Shown in pieces: positions 1 through 11,045 of a stretch of 58,101 nt of DNA (its first letter is position 1; the number at the start of each line of letters is the position of its first letter). The notes under the pieces were generated by a model. The model had not been told where the DNA came from. It saw only the letters and a program-made list of their open reading frames with translations, and ran no database searches. The position numbers and the translations under genes were made by a program. The stretch is from Thraustochytrium aureum. Taxonomy: Eukaryota. Where the stretch lies: the NCBI GenBank assembly GCA_012862495.1, contig BLSG01000212.1, positions 1 to 58,101 on the forward strand, written 5' to 3'.

Positions 1-2
1 TT

Positions 3-728
3 GATGACGATGGCAAGGCAACAACAACGCCACCGCCGTCGTCGGGAGGAGCTGGCGGGTCAACGACAAAGGCAGCGGCAGGCCCCGGGAACGGTGGCAA
101 GTCGGTCGTGCCGCAGGAGGAGTCCGATGCGGGTGGCGTGGACTGGAAGTCCATGGAAATCTGGTGGATCATTATCGGTTCAGCCACCGCATTAATCATC
201 CTTTCATTGGCTGCAATGTACTACTACTACGAACGCAAAGAAAGAAGGGCGAAACAAAGGTCGAATTGGAGACCAACGCGACATTCTAAACCTGGATCGA
301 AACAGAATTCCACACCTGTGTCGCCGATGTCGGCACAGCCGTTGAGCCCGGCGAGTCAGCCTGGGGAGGCGAATGACCCTTTCTCAAATCACCCATCCGT
401 GCCAGCACAAAAACCGGAAAACGACCTTCGGTATAAACCTGAATATGACGTAAAACCGGTCGGTCGACGTGTCGAGAAAATCGGATGGCGTGCAGTGGTC
501 TACGGCAAGGGCTTGGTTCGCAAGGAACTCGTTCTGGTTAATGAAAAGCCGTTCACGATCTTTGCTTTTGCATTTTGGCCAATTTTCATCCTCGGCATGA
601 CTGGAGCGCTTACCGCTGGTCTTATTATGAAAGATGCCATGTTCTACGTCTTTGGTTTCATTTTTGGCGCAGCGATAGGCTTTTATGTCGCTCATTATAG
701 ACATGGGTTTAAGAAATTCCAAGCGTAG
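3..728 (+). CDS. Membrane protein, 5'-truncated by window edge (Gly/Ser/Thr linker, TM helix, cytoplasmic tail, two C-terminal TM helices)
   Basis: Frame open from base 3 (DDDGKATTTPPPSSGGAGG...) to TAG at 728; hydrophobic stretches IWWIIIGSATALIILSLAAMY and FTIFAFAFWPIFILG. Confidence 0.7.
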   Translation, partial: DDDGKATTTPPPSSGGAGGSTTKAAAGPGNGGKSVVPQEESDAGGVDWKSMEIWWIIIGSATALIILSLAAMYYYYERKERRAKQRSNWRPTRHSKPGSKQNSTPVSPMSAQPLSPASQPGEANDPFSNHPSVPAQKPENDLRYKPEYDVKPVGRRVEKIGWRAVVYGKGLVRKELVLVNEKPFTIFAFAFWPIFILGMTGALTAGLIMKDAMFYVFGFIFGAAIGFYVAHYRHGFKKFQA

Positions 729-740
729 AGAAACTAAATG

Positions 741-1927
741 TCAGCGAGCCCCGCGCTTCTTCTTACCCTTCCCTTTCTTCTTCTTGCCGCCAGCTTTCCC
801 GCCCGCCTTGGTCACCGGCACGCCGGTGCCGATGATCTCGTTGATTTTAGGAGACGCTGCCATCGCGCAGATGGATTCGAACACGTGCGTCTGCGCTTCC
901 AGTACGCCGTTGATGTTCTCCAGCGGGAACTTGCGTTTGTGCGCCCAATTGCTCAACATAATCGCAGCCACGCACACCGCGTCGTCATCGTCGTCCGCCG
1001 GCGGGGCGAACGTAGACCCGCCGTCTCGATCGGGGCGCGGCTGAAAGGCGAAGATCATCATGAAGCTCATCATGTCGATCTCCCGCTCGCGCAAAAACAT
1101 GGTGGGTGCCTCATTTTCCCTCTCGCGCGCGATCCTGTCAATGTCAAACGCAGTGTCAATGAGCTGGACCATGCCACCCTGGCCTTGGTTCTTGGCGATC
1201 ATGCGCACGAGCCGTGCCTGCTTGCGTGCCCCGAACGCCATGAGAATGCGCGCGAGCTTGAAGTTGCCGTTGTGCGAAGCGACGGCAAGCGCGGTGGCAC
1301 TGTGCAGACCGCTACTGGCAGCGTCGGGGTCGAAGCCGCTGAAGAGGAGCGTCTTGCACGTGCGGATGTCGCCCCTGCGCGCGGCGTGCAACAGCAAAGG
1401 TTCACCGTCTATCGTGTAGCCATACATCTCCCGCTCCTCGAAGTTGGCCGCCGTCAGCGCTTCGACAGCTTCAGCGTAACCCCCCTTGACGGCGAGGACC
1501 AGAGGCGGTTCGGGCAGCATGGTGAGCCTGATCACCTCTGCGCCGAGCATCTCAGCGCACTTCGCGTGGCAGTAGGACGCGGCACAAATAGACGCCTGGT
1601 TCTTCTGCATCTTGGCCCCGCGCTGGAGAAGCATGCTCACAACGTTGTCAAACCCGTGGCGAGCGGCCAGCAGCAGCGACGTGCAGCGTTGCGCGTGGCC
1701 ACGCAGCGCGGAAACGTCCACGAACGCATTCGCGTCGAGGAGCGCGCCGGCGACGGGCACGCTCCCATGTCTCGCAGCGAATACCAGCAGCGGCAGGCCG
1801 TCCCCCGTGAGCGCTTCGTCTATCTCGCCCCCTCGACGTGCTCCGCCGCCGCGCGAACCTCGTCGGCGTCTAGGCGCTCGACTGCACGCACGAGGCGCTC
1901 GACCCTCTCGCTCGCAGTTTCGCCCAT
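741..1927 (-). CDS. Ankyrin-repeat protein (apparent frameshift in a G5 run at ~1828-1832)
   Basis: Ankyrin-like motifs TSLLLAARHGFDNVVSMLLQRGA, PLVLAVKGGYAEAVEAL and TALAVASHNGNFKLARILMAFGA. ATG at 1927 (MGETASERVERLV...) joins GEIDEALTGDGLPLLVFAARHG if one base is restored. Confidence 0.8.
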
Positions 1928-2133
1928 TGGTACACCGCTCGTCCGCTCACACTCCCGCACGCCCACACCTCGGTTCGCCCACTCCCCGGTTCGCCCGCCC
2001 GCTCAACAACGCTGTCGCTCGGTGGCTGCTGATGCTGCGCGCGCCGCGTTTGGTGTCTGCTCCGTGCACGCTGTGTCTCTGCACAATTCAAAAAGGCTAA
2101 GAACAGTGAACGTTTCTTTACTATTCGCTGTGT

Positions 2134-3288
2134 TCACTTGTGCGAGCGCAGGGCGGCAAAGTGCTCGCGCGCCACGCGCTCGATCAGCGGGCGGTGCGAG
2201 GCGCGGTAGGCGTTGACCATGCAAGCGCGGCCGCCGATGAGCTGCTCGCACTTGGCGGGGGGCTCGCCGAACTCGTCGCGGTAGGCCTTGGCCAGCGCCT
2301 TGCCGAACCCCGATGCATCCGCGCCGCGCAGCGGCTTGCCGAGCAGCGCAGCGGCAGTGTCCATGGCGGAGATGAACGGGTCGGGCACCGCGTCCTGCAG
2401 CGCCAGCCGTGGCGAGAGCGTGGCAGGTCCACCGCCGCCGCCAGGCGCGCTGTTTATGTGCACGCGCTGCAGCGTGTTGCTCACCAGGTCGTTTTTCATG
2501 ATCCTGCCGCGCTCGTCGCTGTAGCACTCCGTTGCGTCGATGATCCGCAGCATGAGCTGCAGCGTGTTGAGCTGGGCCGTGGCGTCTCGCTCGCGGATCG
2601 CGACGTCTCGCTCGCGGACCTCGAGTTGGTGCTTTTCAAACTCCATTTTCTCGCGCCAGGTCATCGGCTCGAGCTCATACTCTCGAGCGCGCTTGAGCGA
2701 TCCCGGCACCCTTTCGCGACCCGAGAGGATGGCCTCCATCTTGTTGTTGACCGCGACGTAGAGGTCGATGAACTGCTCGCGTCGCGGGCTGTCGCACTTC
2801 AAAAGCAACTTCTGCGCGAACATGGGGGTCACGAAGTAGAACTTTGTGTTGGGTCCGGCATCTCGGCGAAATGTCACTGGTTGCTTTGAAGGTTCACCGG
2901 GGATTTGAAATTCAATATTACCCGGGTGGGTAATATTGAAATAATCACCGAATACACCACCGTTCTCGAACAAAAGGTTGCGGTCGAGGTTGGCCCAGTC
3001 GACAGTTTCCATGCCAACGTCGGACACGACACTCATGAACTGGGTTTGGTTTTTGGACGTCTCGTACGCGCGGCCCATGGTGGCCGCCACAAGCATGGCC
3101 GGTATGCAGCAGCGGCCCGCCGTTCGCGGGTCGTTGGCCATGCCGGTGAACTGGAACCACACTGCGCGCAGCACGCCGAAGGAGGCGAGCGCTTCGCTCA
3201 GCAGTTCGCGCTTTTCTTCGCCTAGCGCGCCGAATCGCGTGCACAGCGCCTCGATCTCATCGTCCCTGGGCGCGACCTTCTCGATCAT
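2134..3288 (-). CDS. Antirepressor-like (AntA/MSV199-like N-domain) DNA-binding protein, paralog A
   Basis: Motif YFVTPMFAQKLLLKCDSPRREQFIDLYVAV, then a coiled coil, then C-domain FGKALAKAYRDEFGEPPAKCEQLIGGR..VNAYR. Colinear similarity to 39241-40479. ATG at 3288. Confidence 0.6.
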   Translation of the reverse strand: MIEKVAPRDDEIEALCTRFGALGEEKRELLSEALASFGVLRAVWFQFTGMANDPRTAGRCCIPAMLVAATMGRAYETSKNQTQFMSVVSDVGMETVDWANLDRNLLFENGGVFGDYFNITHPGNIEFQIPGEPSKQPVTFRRDAGPNTKFYFVTPMFAQKLLLKCDSPRREQFIDLYVAVNNKMEAILSGRERVPGSLKRAREYELEPMTWREKMEFEKHQLEVRERDVAIRERDATAQLNTLQLMLRIIDATECYSDERGRIMKNDLVSNTLQRVHINSAPGGGGGPATLSPRLALQDAVPDPFISAMDTAAALLGKPLRGADASGFGKALAKAYRDEFGEPPAKCEQLIGGRACMVNAYRASHRPLIERVAREHFAALRSHK

Positions 3289-3320
3289 TCTTGCTCTTCT
3301 ATGTAGGCCTAGTGATGTAA

Positions 3321-3352
3321 TGCTCCGCGTGCAACTAGCGTTCGGGGTCTGC
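3321..3352 (-). promoter_or_regulatory. Conserved 32-bp upstream element, copy 1 (core GCAGACCCCGAACGC)
   Basis: 30/32 identical to 40520-40551; lies 33 bp upstream of ATG 3288. Confidence 0.65.
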
Positions 3353-3433
3353 CGGGGTTTCGAATTTGAATTTTCACCCTCCCCGTTCTTGCAATGAAAA
3401 CAACATGTAGTAAGAACAAGCAAGGGAGTAAAA

Positions 3434-3973
3434 TCACATTCGCCACTTTGATGTCGACGAGGCGATGATCGACCAGAGCGGCGGCGGCCAGGCCTTCCTG
3501 GGAGCAATCGCATTCTGGAGAGCCTCGACGGCGGCCAAGTTCTGGGCACCGGCGGCGATGACCAGCGCTGTGGCGATGTCTTGCTGTCGCAGGCGCTCGC
3601 CGCCCTGGCCAACCCACTGCAGCAGTGCAACAACGACCTCGGGTTCCCGCCCGTGCGCAGCGGCGTAGGATAGCGCCGACCAACCATGCACGGTCTCGAC
3701 GAGGGGGTCGGCACCTGCCTTCAGCAGCTGGACCACGCACCGGTGCTGTCGTCTCTCGCGGCCAGCATCAGTGCCGTTCTACCAAAGCTGTCTCTGGCGT
3801 TCAGATCAACAGGCGTTGTGTGCTGGACAAGCAGAGCGACGCACTCGACCCTGTCAAAGCGGGCGAACTCCATGAGAGCGGTATTGCCCAAAAGGCTGGA
3901 CGCGCCCGCGTCTGCGCCGGCGTCGAGCAGCAACCGCGCGACCTCCGCTCCTGTGCGGATATCAGAGCAGTCC
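3434..3973 (-). CDS. Ankyrin-repeat protein, partial (5' end in N gap; frameshift at ~3737)
   Basis: LLDAGADAGASSLLGNTALMEFAR and DLNARDSFGRTALMLAAR, continuing in another frame as VVQLLKAGADPLVETVHGWSALSYAAAHG. Confidence 0.8.
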
Positions 3974-4935
3974 NNNNNNNNNNNNNNNNNNNNNNNNNNN
4001 NNNNNNNNNNNNNNNNNNNNNNNNNNNNNNNNNNNNNNNNNNNNNNNNNNNNNNNNNNNNNNNNNNNNNNNNNNNNNNNNNNNNNNNNNNNNNNNNNNNN
4101 NNNNNNNNNNNNNNNNNNNNNNNNNNNNNNNNNNNNNNNNNNNNNNNNNNNNNNNNNNNNNNNNNNNNNNNNNNNNNNNNNNNNNNNNNNNNNNNNNNNN
4201 NNNNNNNNNNNNNNNNNNNNNNNNNNNNNNNNNNNNNNNNNNNNNNNNNNNNNNNNNNNNNNNNNNNNNNNNNNNNNNNNNNNNNNNNNNNNNNNNNNNN
4301 NNNNNNNNNNNNNNNNNNNNNNNNNNNNNNNNNNNNNNNNNNNNNNNNNNNNNNNNNNNNNNNNNNNNNNNNNNNNNNNNNNNNNNNNNNNNNNNNNNNN
4401 NNNNNNNNNNNNNNNNNNNNNNNNNNNNNNNNNNNNNNNNNNNNNNNNNNNNNNNNNNNNNNNNNNNNNNNNNNNNNNNNNNNNNNNNNNNNNNNNNNNN
4501 NNNNNNNNNNNNNNNNNNNNNNNNNNNNNNNNNNNNNNNNNNNNNNNNNNNNNNNNNNNNNNNNNNNNNNNNNNNNNNNNNNNNNNNNNNNNNNNNNNNN
4601 NNNNNNNNNNNNNNNNNNNNNNNNNNNNNNNNNNNNNNNNNNNNNNNNNNNNNNNNNNNNNNNNNNNNNNNNNNNNNNNNNNNNNNNNNNNNNNNNNNNN
4701 NNNNNNNNNNNNNNNNNNNNNNNNNNNNNNNNNNNNNNNNNNNNNNNNNNNNNNNNNNNNNNNNNNNNNNNNNNNNNNNNNNNNNNNNNNNNNNNNNNNN
4801 NNNNNNNNNNNNNNNNNNNNNNNNNNNNNNNNNNNNNNNNNNNNNNNNNNNNNNNNNNNNNNNNNNNNNNNNNNNNNNNNNNNNNNNNNNNNNNNNNNNN
4901 NNNNNNNNNNNNNNNNNNNNNNNNNNNNNNNNNNN

Positions 4936-5645
4936 AGGTCGTCAATGCCGCGAAAGCCCACGTACGTGAAGGCGCCCGCGCGCCAGGTGGGGAACATAGA
5001 CACGCCCTCGCAGCCGCTCTCGCCGGCGCGGCACTCGCGGTACAGGTCGCGCTCGAAGGCGAGGCGCGCCGGGTCAGAGCGGGGCCCGAACACCGCGCGC
5101 TGGCGCTGCGACCAGCCGCAGTGGCTCACGCCGTACACCTTGAACCCGCGCTCGGCCAGTTCGCGCGCGAGGTCAGACGCGATCTTGCGCTCCTCCTCCG
5201 TTCGGAGCGGGCCTGGAGATGGCACGTTCACCGGCGCGACGCGTTTCTCCGGCTGTGGCGCGCTGCTTTCCAGACCCAGGAAGGCCTGCACAGACACGGG
5301 TAGCGCGGACGCTGCCCGCTCGAGCAGGCTCTGCCGCGGCTCGTGGCCCTCGCCCTCGCCGTCATCTTCGCTCAGCGCGTGCATGACAACGATGAGCAAA
5401 GCGCACACGAGCACGAACAGCGCGATGCGCCGCGGCGTGATGAACGGCGCTCGGCCCTTCGCTGCAACGGTGGCGGTCGCAGTCTGCCCCGGCTGGTCTT
5501 GCATGCCCGACGCAGGCTGGTGATCATAGGCCGTTTGATCGGCGGCAACAGCGTTTGCCGTTGCATCACCGTCGACCCCGGACCCGTCCGGCGCTGGCTC
5601 GTCGCCGCGAGCACCGTCACGGCGCTTCGGCGGCGAGGCTGACAT
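4936..5645 (-). CDS. Membrane-anchored thioredoxin/glutaredoxin-like protein (CxxS), 3' end in gap
   Basis: TM IALFVLVCALLIVVM followed by YGVSHCGWSQRQRAVFG...YREC...C...FPTW...YVGFR, a Trx-fold pattern including the cis-Pro FPTW. Alternative start at 5714. Confidence 0.7.
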
Positions 5646-5969
5646 TCGTGAGCCCGCGAGGAGCGCAACGCGGAAAGCGATGAAGAGCGCGAAGGCGTTG
5701 ATGGGGGAGAGCATTGTGCGCTACGAAAATGGCCTCCCTGTCCTTTTCCTGTGTATTTGTCGCTTCTTCCTGGTATTCGGAGTGCGCCTTGGCGACGGGT
5801 TGACTTTCTCTTCTGGCGAGGCGCGCTGGCTGTTCCGCGGGGCTGCTCAGAGGGCTTGCTTGACTGGGCGGGCTGCTGTGTGTCCGGAAGAGCCTGAGAA
5901 AAAAAATATGCGGCGTTCCAGCAACATCGAAAAAACATTTCGCGCCGAACATCGACACGCGGGCCGAGG

Positions 5970-6542
5970 ATGCCCCGCCACCATGCCGCGGAACCGGAAA
6001 CTCCGCCCTTCTCGCTCGCAGACGTGCCTGTTTCGCACGAATACGTGCTCGACGCGGGCCGCAGAGCCGATCGCGAGTTGCCCATTGAGTCGAAGATCAT
6101 AGACCCCATCGTGGAACACATCGATGCCGCCAAGAACGAGGTGGAAGAAGCGTTCGAGGACGCTGCGCGCGTAGGCGACCGCTTTGGTGATGCGCTTTCC
6201 TACGACACGCGCGGCACGATCACGCTGCTGGTGATCCTCGCGAGCGCCATGTCCCTGCCTTACTTTCGCATCCTGAACGAGAAGCTGCCAAACGTCCACC
6301 CCGCGTGGGTTGCCGTGCTCGCCGGCGTGATCACCACCGTCCTGACCTACCCAGCGCTGCGGCTCGCCTCGCCGATCTACGGGCTCTCCGACGCCGTGCT
6401 CGTGGGCCTGCTGGTTGCGGAGTTCAGCGTGTACGGTGCGATCATTGGCTTCCCCACGCCCATGCAGATCAGCTTCTTCTACTTCATGTTCAGCATCGGG
6501 CGCTCCGAGGCCAAGCACTTCTGGCCGGATCAGCACAAGTGA
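5970..6542 (+). CDS. Hypothetical multi-pass membrane protein
   Basis: ATG ORF of 190 aa with GC3-rich codons and several hydrophobic segments in the C-terminal half. Confidence 0.7.
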   Translation: MPRHHAAEPETPPFSLADVPVSHEYVLDAGRRADRELPIESKIIDPIVEHIDAAKNEVEEAFEDAARVGDRFGDALSYDTRGTITLLVILASAMSLPYFRILNEKLPNVHPAWVAVLAGVITTVLTYPALRLASPIYGLSDAVLVGLLVAEFSVYGAIIGFPTPMQISFFYFMFSIGRSEAKHFWPDQHK

Positions 6543-6616
6543 GTGAAGTAAGTCAAATCATGTTGCATTTTAGCTTTTTCAACAAATTGATCGCACTAAA
6601 CAGGAGCGTTTCGTCG

Positions 6617-7740
6617 CTACGAGATGTAGGCGACGAATGGGTCAGGGACAAAGGTCTCGGCGGAACACACGCTGCGCCCGGCCCCACACCGAACCCGCTG
6701 CGAGTCCACTCGCACCAGCCAGCACAGCTTTGCACTGCTGTGAAAAGCGCGCAACGCGATGTCCACAGCCTCAAACGCGCGCGCGTAGGTCCTTACGGTA
6801 ACAGGGGGCTCGGTGGCGAACTCGTGCAGCGCTTCGGCTGGTAATGCGTCGACGTCCCTCAATGCCTCTGGACCGCCGGGCCCCTCCCTGACCCTCGGGC
6901 TGCGCGACCGCCAGCGTGGCCTCCACCTCGCGCTGCTGGCGGCGCATGGCGTTCTCCGCAATGCGCCGCGCGTAGTCCTGGAAGCACGCCGCCTGGCCCT
7001 CCAGGAAATCGGCGCACGCGCGGGGGTCAACCTCGCAGAAGTTGGAGACGATCGCGCTGATGTTGCCCAGAACGTTTCCGTGGAAGTGCCGCACGACGTC
7101 GGCCTCGGGTGCGCCCTGCACCATGGCCTCCGCGACCGACTCCAGCGCCTGGCACAATGAGTGCATGAGCAAGTCGGACTCGTCGCGCTGCGCCCGCATC
7201 CGGGTCATGATCATGTCGCGAAAGGCGTAGGCGCGCGCAAAGTCAACGTGGCCCAGACCGGCCTGCGCGCGCCGCTTTGCTGCACGGCGCACCTCGGTTA
7301 TCGTGAAGCATCGGCGTGTTAGCGGGCAGGTGAACTGGGCCGTTCGAGCAAAGTACTCGAGGAGCGCATGCGCGTGAAAGGCGAACACAGTCCCGCCCTC
7401 GGAAACGAACCGCACCGCTGCGTCACGCGGTATCGTAGTGTAGGCGATGGGGCAAGTCACCGGCCGGCCCCGCAGCGTTAGAAGGTTTGTCGGCCTAGAC
7501 TCTGCGTCCATGTCCACGTCCGGGTCGTCGTCGTCGTCGCTCGTCGCGTTGCCGGTTGGTCGCAACCGCTTCATGCAGTGCCACCAGCGCTGAATGCGGA
7601 CAACGATGCCGTTCAGCTGCAGCATTAGCGACACGACGTACGCCATGGGTTCGTCCGGGCAGAGTGCCCTGGCCTGCTCGGCCAGGCCGCGGACGCCGCT
7701 GCAGTTGCTGACCGTGCTGAAACCGCCAAGGCTGTGGCTC
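6617..7740 (-). CDS. Hypothetical protein with U-box/RING-like motif, partial (5' in gap; probable frameshift at ~6880-6895)
   Basis: TCPIAYTTI...FHAHALLEYFARTAQFTCPLTRRCFT resembles a U-box/degenerate RING; the C-terminus continues in the 6617 frame (EALRDVDALPAEALHEF...). Confidence 0.55.
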
Positions 7741-8246
7741 NNNNNNNNNNNNNNNNNNNNNNNNNNNNNNNNNNNNNNNNNNNNNNNNNNNNNNNNNNNN
7801 NNNNNNNNNNNNNNNNNNNNNNNNNNNNNNNNNNNNNNNNNNNNNNNNNNNNNNNNNNNNNNNNNNNNNNNNNNNNNNNNNNNNNNNNNNNNNNNNNNNN
7901 NNNNNNNNNNNNNNNNNNNNNNNNNNNNNNNNNNNNNNNNNNNNNNNNNNNNNNNNNNNNNNNCCGCCGGGCGGCAGGCTGATCCGAGTCGTGCTGTGGG
8001 ATGCGTGCTGCGTAATGCCTTCCCTGGCAGAATTTTTGCCGTCCCCTGCTCGCCCTGTGTCACAACGTGCCCCTCGACATTGAGCGCACCAGTTTTTTTT
8101 CTGCAGCCAATCGTTACGCCAAGCGGCTCGCCGCCGAGACAGAAGCGCGTTGAAAAGAGAGGTAGAGAGCGCGACAGGACTATTGGGGACAGGGATAGTC
8201 TGTTGCTACGAACCAGGTTAGGTAAGGTGATTCTACCCGCCACGTG

Positions 8247-9242
8247 ATGAAGACGGCGCAGCTCCCCGAACTGCCGCGCGTGGAGTCCAATGCGCGCACG
8301 CTACCCAAGGGTGTGAACCCGGACAAGAGGGGCGATGCGGTCGAGGTCCCCGTGTTTCGCGGCAGGCTGCTCGACTTTGGCGCGCACCCCGAGCTGGACA
8401 CGTGGTGCCAGGTCGAGGCGTTGGGCGCCGCGGCCCGCGAGACCGGGCTAGCCACCAAACCGCTCATTCTGATCGACTTTGCGCGCGTGCAGGACTTGGA
8501 GCTACTCCCCGTCGACCAAAACGCATCGGCGCCAGCGGTAACCACTACGGAGACCAACGCCGAATCTGAAGCTGAGACCGGGACCGAAACTGAGACCGAG
8601 AACGCGGATGGGTCCGTTGCTAAACCCGACGAGGCGCAGGTTGCGACCGAGTCCTCTGCAGGGGATTCCGCCGTGGATAGCCCTATCGAACAGAACTCGG
8701 TCGCAGAGAGCCAGCCCCCTGAACCTTTCATCGGCGCGGGTGATGACCGCATGGCCAAGATGATCACACAGGCCTGTGACGTGGCTAGCCTGCGCAACTT
8801 CCAGGGCGGCGACGGCTTCCTGCTCGTCAACGCGGCATACCCGCCCTTCGTCTGGTTCCACGCGCTCAACCTTATGATAGCGTACTCGAAGATCACCACG
8901 TGGCGCCTCCTGCCCTTCCCCTTCTTTCAGGAGGACGACACTGTCGTGTACCGCGCGCTCAAGGTTCCCATCGTGCTTTACGGCCCATTCATGGACCTTC
9001 TAAAGGAGGCGATGGGCCGCGACGGGCCTGACGCGGGCTTCGCCAACGCCGCAAAGTTCTCCTACAGCGTGATCGAGGACATGGGCGTGGACCTGAAAGA
9101 CGATGCTGCCGTTGACCGCAAACTCACCTCGATCCAGATCATGCGCGACTCGTTCATCGCGAACGGGCTGGCCGTGGTCGGCCTTGGCGAGCTCGAGAAG
9201 GACGAGAACGAAGAGCTCGCTGCGCGGTTCGGGGTGTTTTGA
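8247..9242 (+). CDS. Hypothetical protein with acidic low-complexity insert
   Basis: ~331-aa ORF with strong GC3 bias and a central E/T/A/S-rich linker. Confidence 0.75.
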   Translation: MKTAQLPELPRVESNARTLPKGVNPDKRGDAVEVPVFRGRLLDFGAHPELDTWCQVEALGAAARETGLATKPLILIDFARVQDLELLPVDQNASAPAVTTTETNAESEAETGTETETENADGSVAKPDEAQVATESSAGDSAVDSPIEQNSVAESQPPEPFIGAGDDRMAKMITQACDVASLRNFQGGDGFLLVNAAYPPFVWFHALNLMIAYSKITTWRLLPFPFFQEDDTVVYRALKVPIVLYGPFMDLLKEAMGRDGPDAGFANAAKFSYSVIEDMGVDLKDDAAVDRKLTSIQIMRDSFIANGLAVVGLGELEKDENEELAARFGVF

Positions 9243-9255
9243 TTGAGCGCTGGGC

Positions 9256-10956
9256 CTAACTAAAAAAATCCCAAAACCAATTACTCCTCCTTGATGTTTT
9301 CGGTAACACGCGCTGCACAATTACACGTGCTGAAGCATCATCGGTTTCAGCGACCCCATCTGCAATTGCTTGACTTGCCCCATTTTTCAACACTTCCAAA
9401 CTCACTTCTTCTATCGCTTCACTAACATTCTTTTTCAGTTCACTTTGGAACTCTTTGTAGCCTTCACTGAAGCCGTGTGAAAACTTGTGACGCGTATAAT
9501 CTAACCACCACAGATTCCATTGGTCCTTTTCATCTTCCACGCCAAAATTGCGTAGTTTTTTCACAGACCTCGTTTTTCTACCTTGATTAATTCGTTTTAT
9601 TTCGTTTGCATTCACGTGCTTAACAACAGTGGCAATCAAATCACGCAAGAATTTTTGGCGTACTTTCGAAAATTGTGGAGAAATCATTTCCGCAAGCGCC
9701 TTGAGTTTATCTTCACCGACGACCTTACGGATTTCACGCTTCAACACGTCGGGTTTGAGTATGTCTCTCGTAAACTCCTCATCGGGCTGACCGCTGCGTC
9801 TGTAGTCTTCTAAATACGTATGGTAAACATCAACGTCCTCACCCAAAGATCCCAGTGAATTACCTTCCATAAGCTTTCGAACTCTTGGTCTTTTCATTTC
9901 CAAAGTTTCGCCGTCCATCAACATCAACACTCTTCCCGTTAACGCCATTTCGTCGTTCTGTTTTGCAGAAGAAGACGTGCGTCTTTTTTTCACCATGGGC
10001 TCGAAATTGCTTCCCCGTTCGAGCTTTCTCTTGCGGGTTTCAATTCCATCGTCTCCAACTTCCACCACTGCACGCCAGGGCACATGCTTCACAATACCCA
10101 GTCTCTCCAACAACGTCTTGCGCTGAAAGATGAGACTTGCGCTAACATCTGGCGGCACAGAAAGCATTTTCGAAGCCTCCAACGATGCTTTAAAAATATT
10201 CATACGAAGATTCCTACTTGAACGTTGAAGCATTTCCAAAGTGCGATTGAACAATCCCGAGGGCACAGGTGTATCATCTGGACCACGCAGCTGTATTGTC
10301 TTGTATTCCTTACCCCCACGTTGTTGTTGCGTGGCAATAATTTCCTTTACCAGTTCACTCAGCTTCACTTCCTTTTTGCGTCTGCCTCCTTTCATTGAAA
10401 CGCTGACGTCGACAAGAATTGGATTTGAACCAGGCGGAGCGGTTGCCATGGCGCCATAAACTTTGCTCTGTTCTTCCTTTGACACGCCCGATTTTTGGAG
10501 CATTGTGATGACCTCTTTCCTCGATTCCAGGTCTGCGATGAATTTGCTGTACCGCTTCCACCCCCTAACCATCGCAAATCCAGTGTATGTAAGGCCTGTC
10601 AGTAAAACGACGGCCGCGACAATGCCAAAAACCAGTGCTAACACGCTGACCCCGTCGCTAGTGGTATCTGTGGTATTTGCACCTTCACCGCCCGCAACGC
10701 TCTTTCCGTCTGACTCGCCGGGTTCGCCTGCGTCGGGCTCGGATTGAGTCGGCTCACCGTCCCCCTTCGGCTGCTCACCCTCGCCGGTGGTGGTGTTTTC
10801 AGACGCAGCTTGTATCGCGCGTATCACGCCGTAAACCGTTCCGCCCAGCGCACCGAACGCCAGAACGCTCAGCGCGAGTTTACCCCACGTGATGTGCCCT
10901 CGCTGAATTTCGTCGCCGCCCACATCGCCGTCAATCCCCAAAACCTGACTGCCCAT
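9256..10956 (-). CDS. Two-TM membrane protein with long AT-rich, Lys-rich cytoplasmic tail
   Basis: ATG 10956 (MGSQVLG); TM1 LALSVLAFGALGGTVYGVI, acidic G/E/T linker, TM2 VLALVFGIVAAVVLLTGLTY, then a ~430-aa tail. Confidence 0.75.
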   Translation of the reverse strand: MGSQVLGIDGDVGGDEIQRGHITWGKLALSVLAFGALGGTVYGVIRAIQAASENTTTGEGEQPKGDGEPTQSEPDAGEPGESDGKSVAGGEGANTTDTTSDGVSVLALVFGIVAAVVLLTGLTYTGFAMVRGWKRYSKFIADLESRKEVITMLQKSGVSKEEQSKVYGAMATAPPGSNPILVDVSVSMKGGRRKKEVKLSELVKEIIATQQQRGGKEYKTIQLRGPDDTPVPSGLFNRTLEMLQRSSRNLRMNIFKASLEASKMLSVPPDVSASLIFQRKTLLERLGIVKHVPWRAVVEVGDDGIETRKRKLERGSNFEPMVKKRRTSSSAKQNDEMALTGRVLMLMDGETLEMKRPRVRKLMEGNSLGSLGEDVDVYHTYLEDYRRSGQPDEEFTRDILKPDVLKREIRKVVGEDKLKALAEMISPQFSKVRQKFLRDLIATVVKHVNANEIKRINQGRKTRSVKKLRNFGVEDEKDQWNLWWLDYTRHKFSHGFSEGYKEFQSELKKNVSEAIEEVSLEVLKNGASQAIADGVAETDDASARVIVQRVLPKTSRRSNWFWDFFS

Positions 10957-11045
10957 TGTTTGTCTCGCTTCACACACAGGGTAATCCTTTTTTTTTCGAT
11001 GTACCGGTGGAGGACGAGACACAAGATCGTACGCGAGCGCAGGCA

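Noticed and set aside
738..2889. Long + strand ORFs 738-2216 and 2140-2889 (and similar ones at 29249-30529, 39391-40593, 54294-55160)
   Set aside because: Antisense shadows of well-supported genes, expected with high GC3.
3625..5714. ORFs spanning N gaps (for example ankyrin fused to thioredoxin)
   Set aside because: Continuity is an artefact of translating Ns; gap lengths are estimates.
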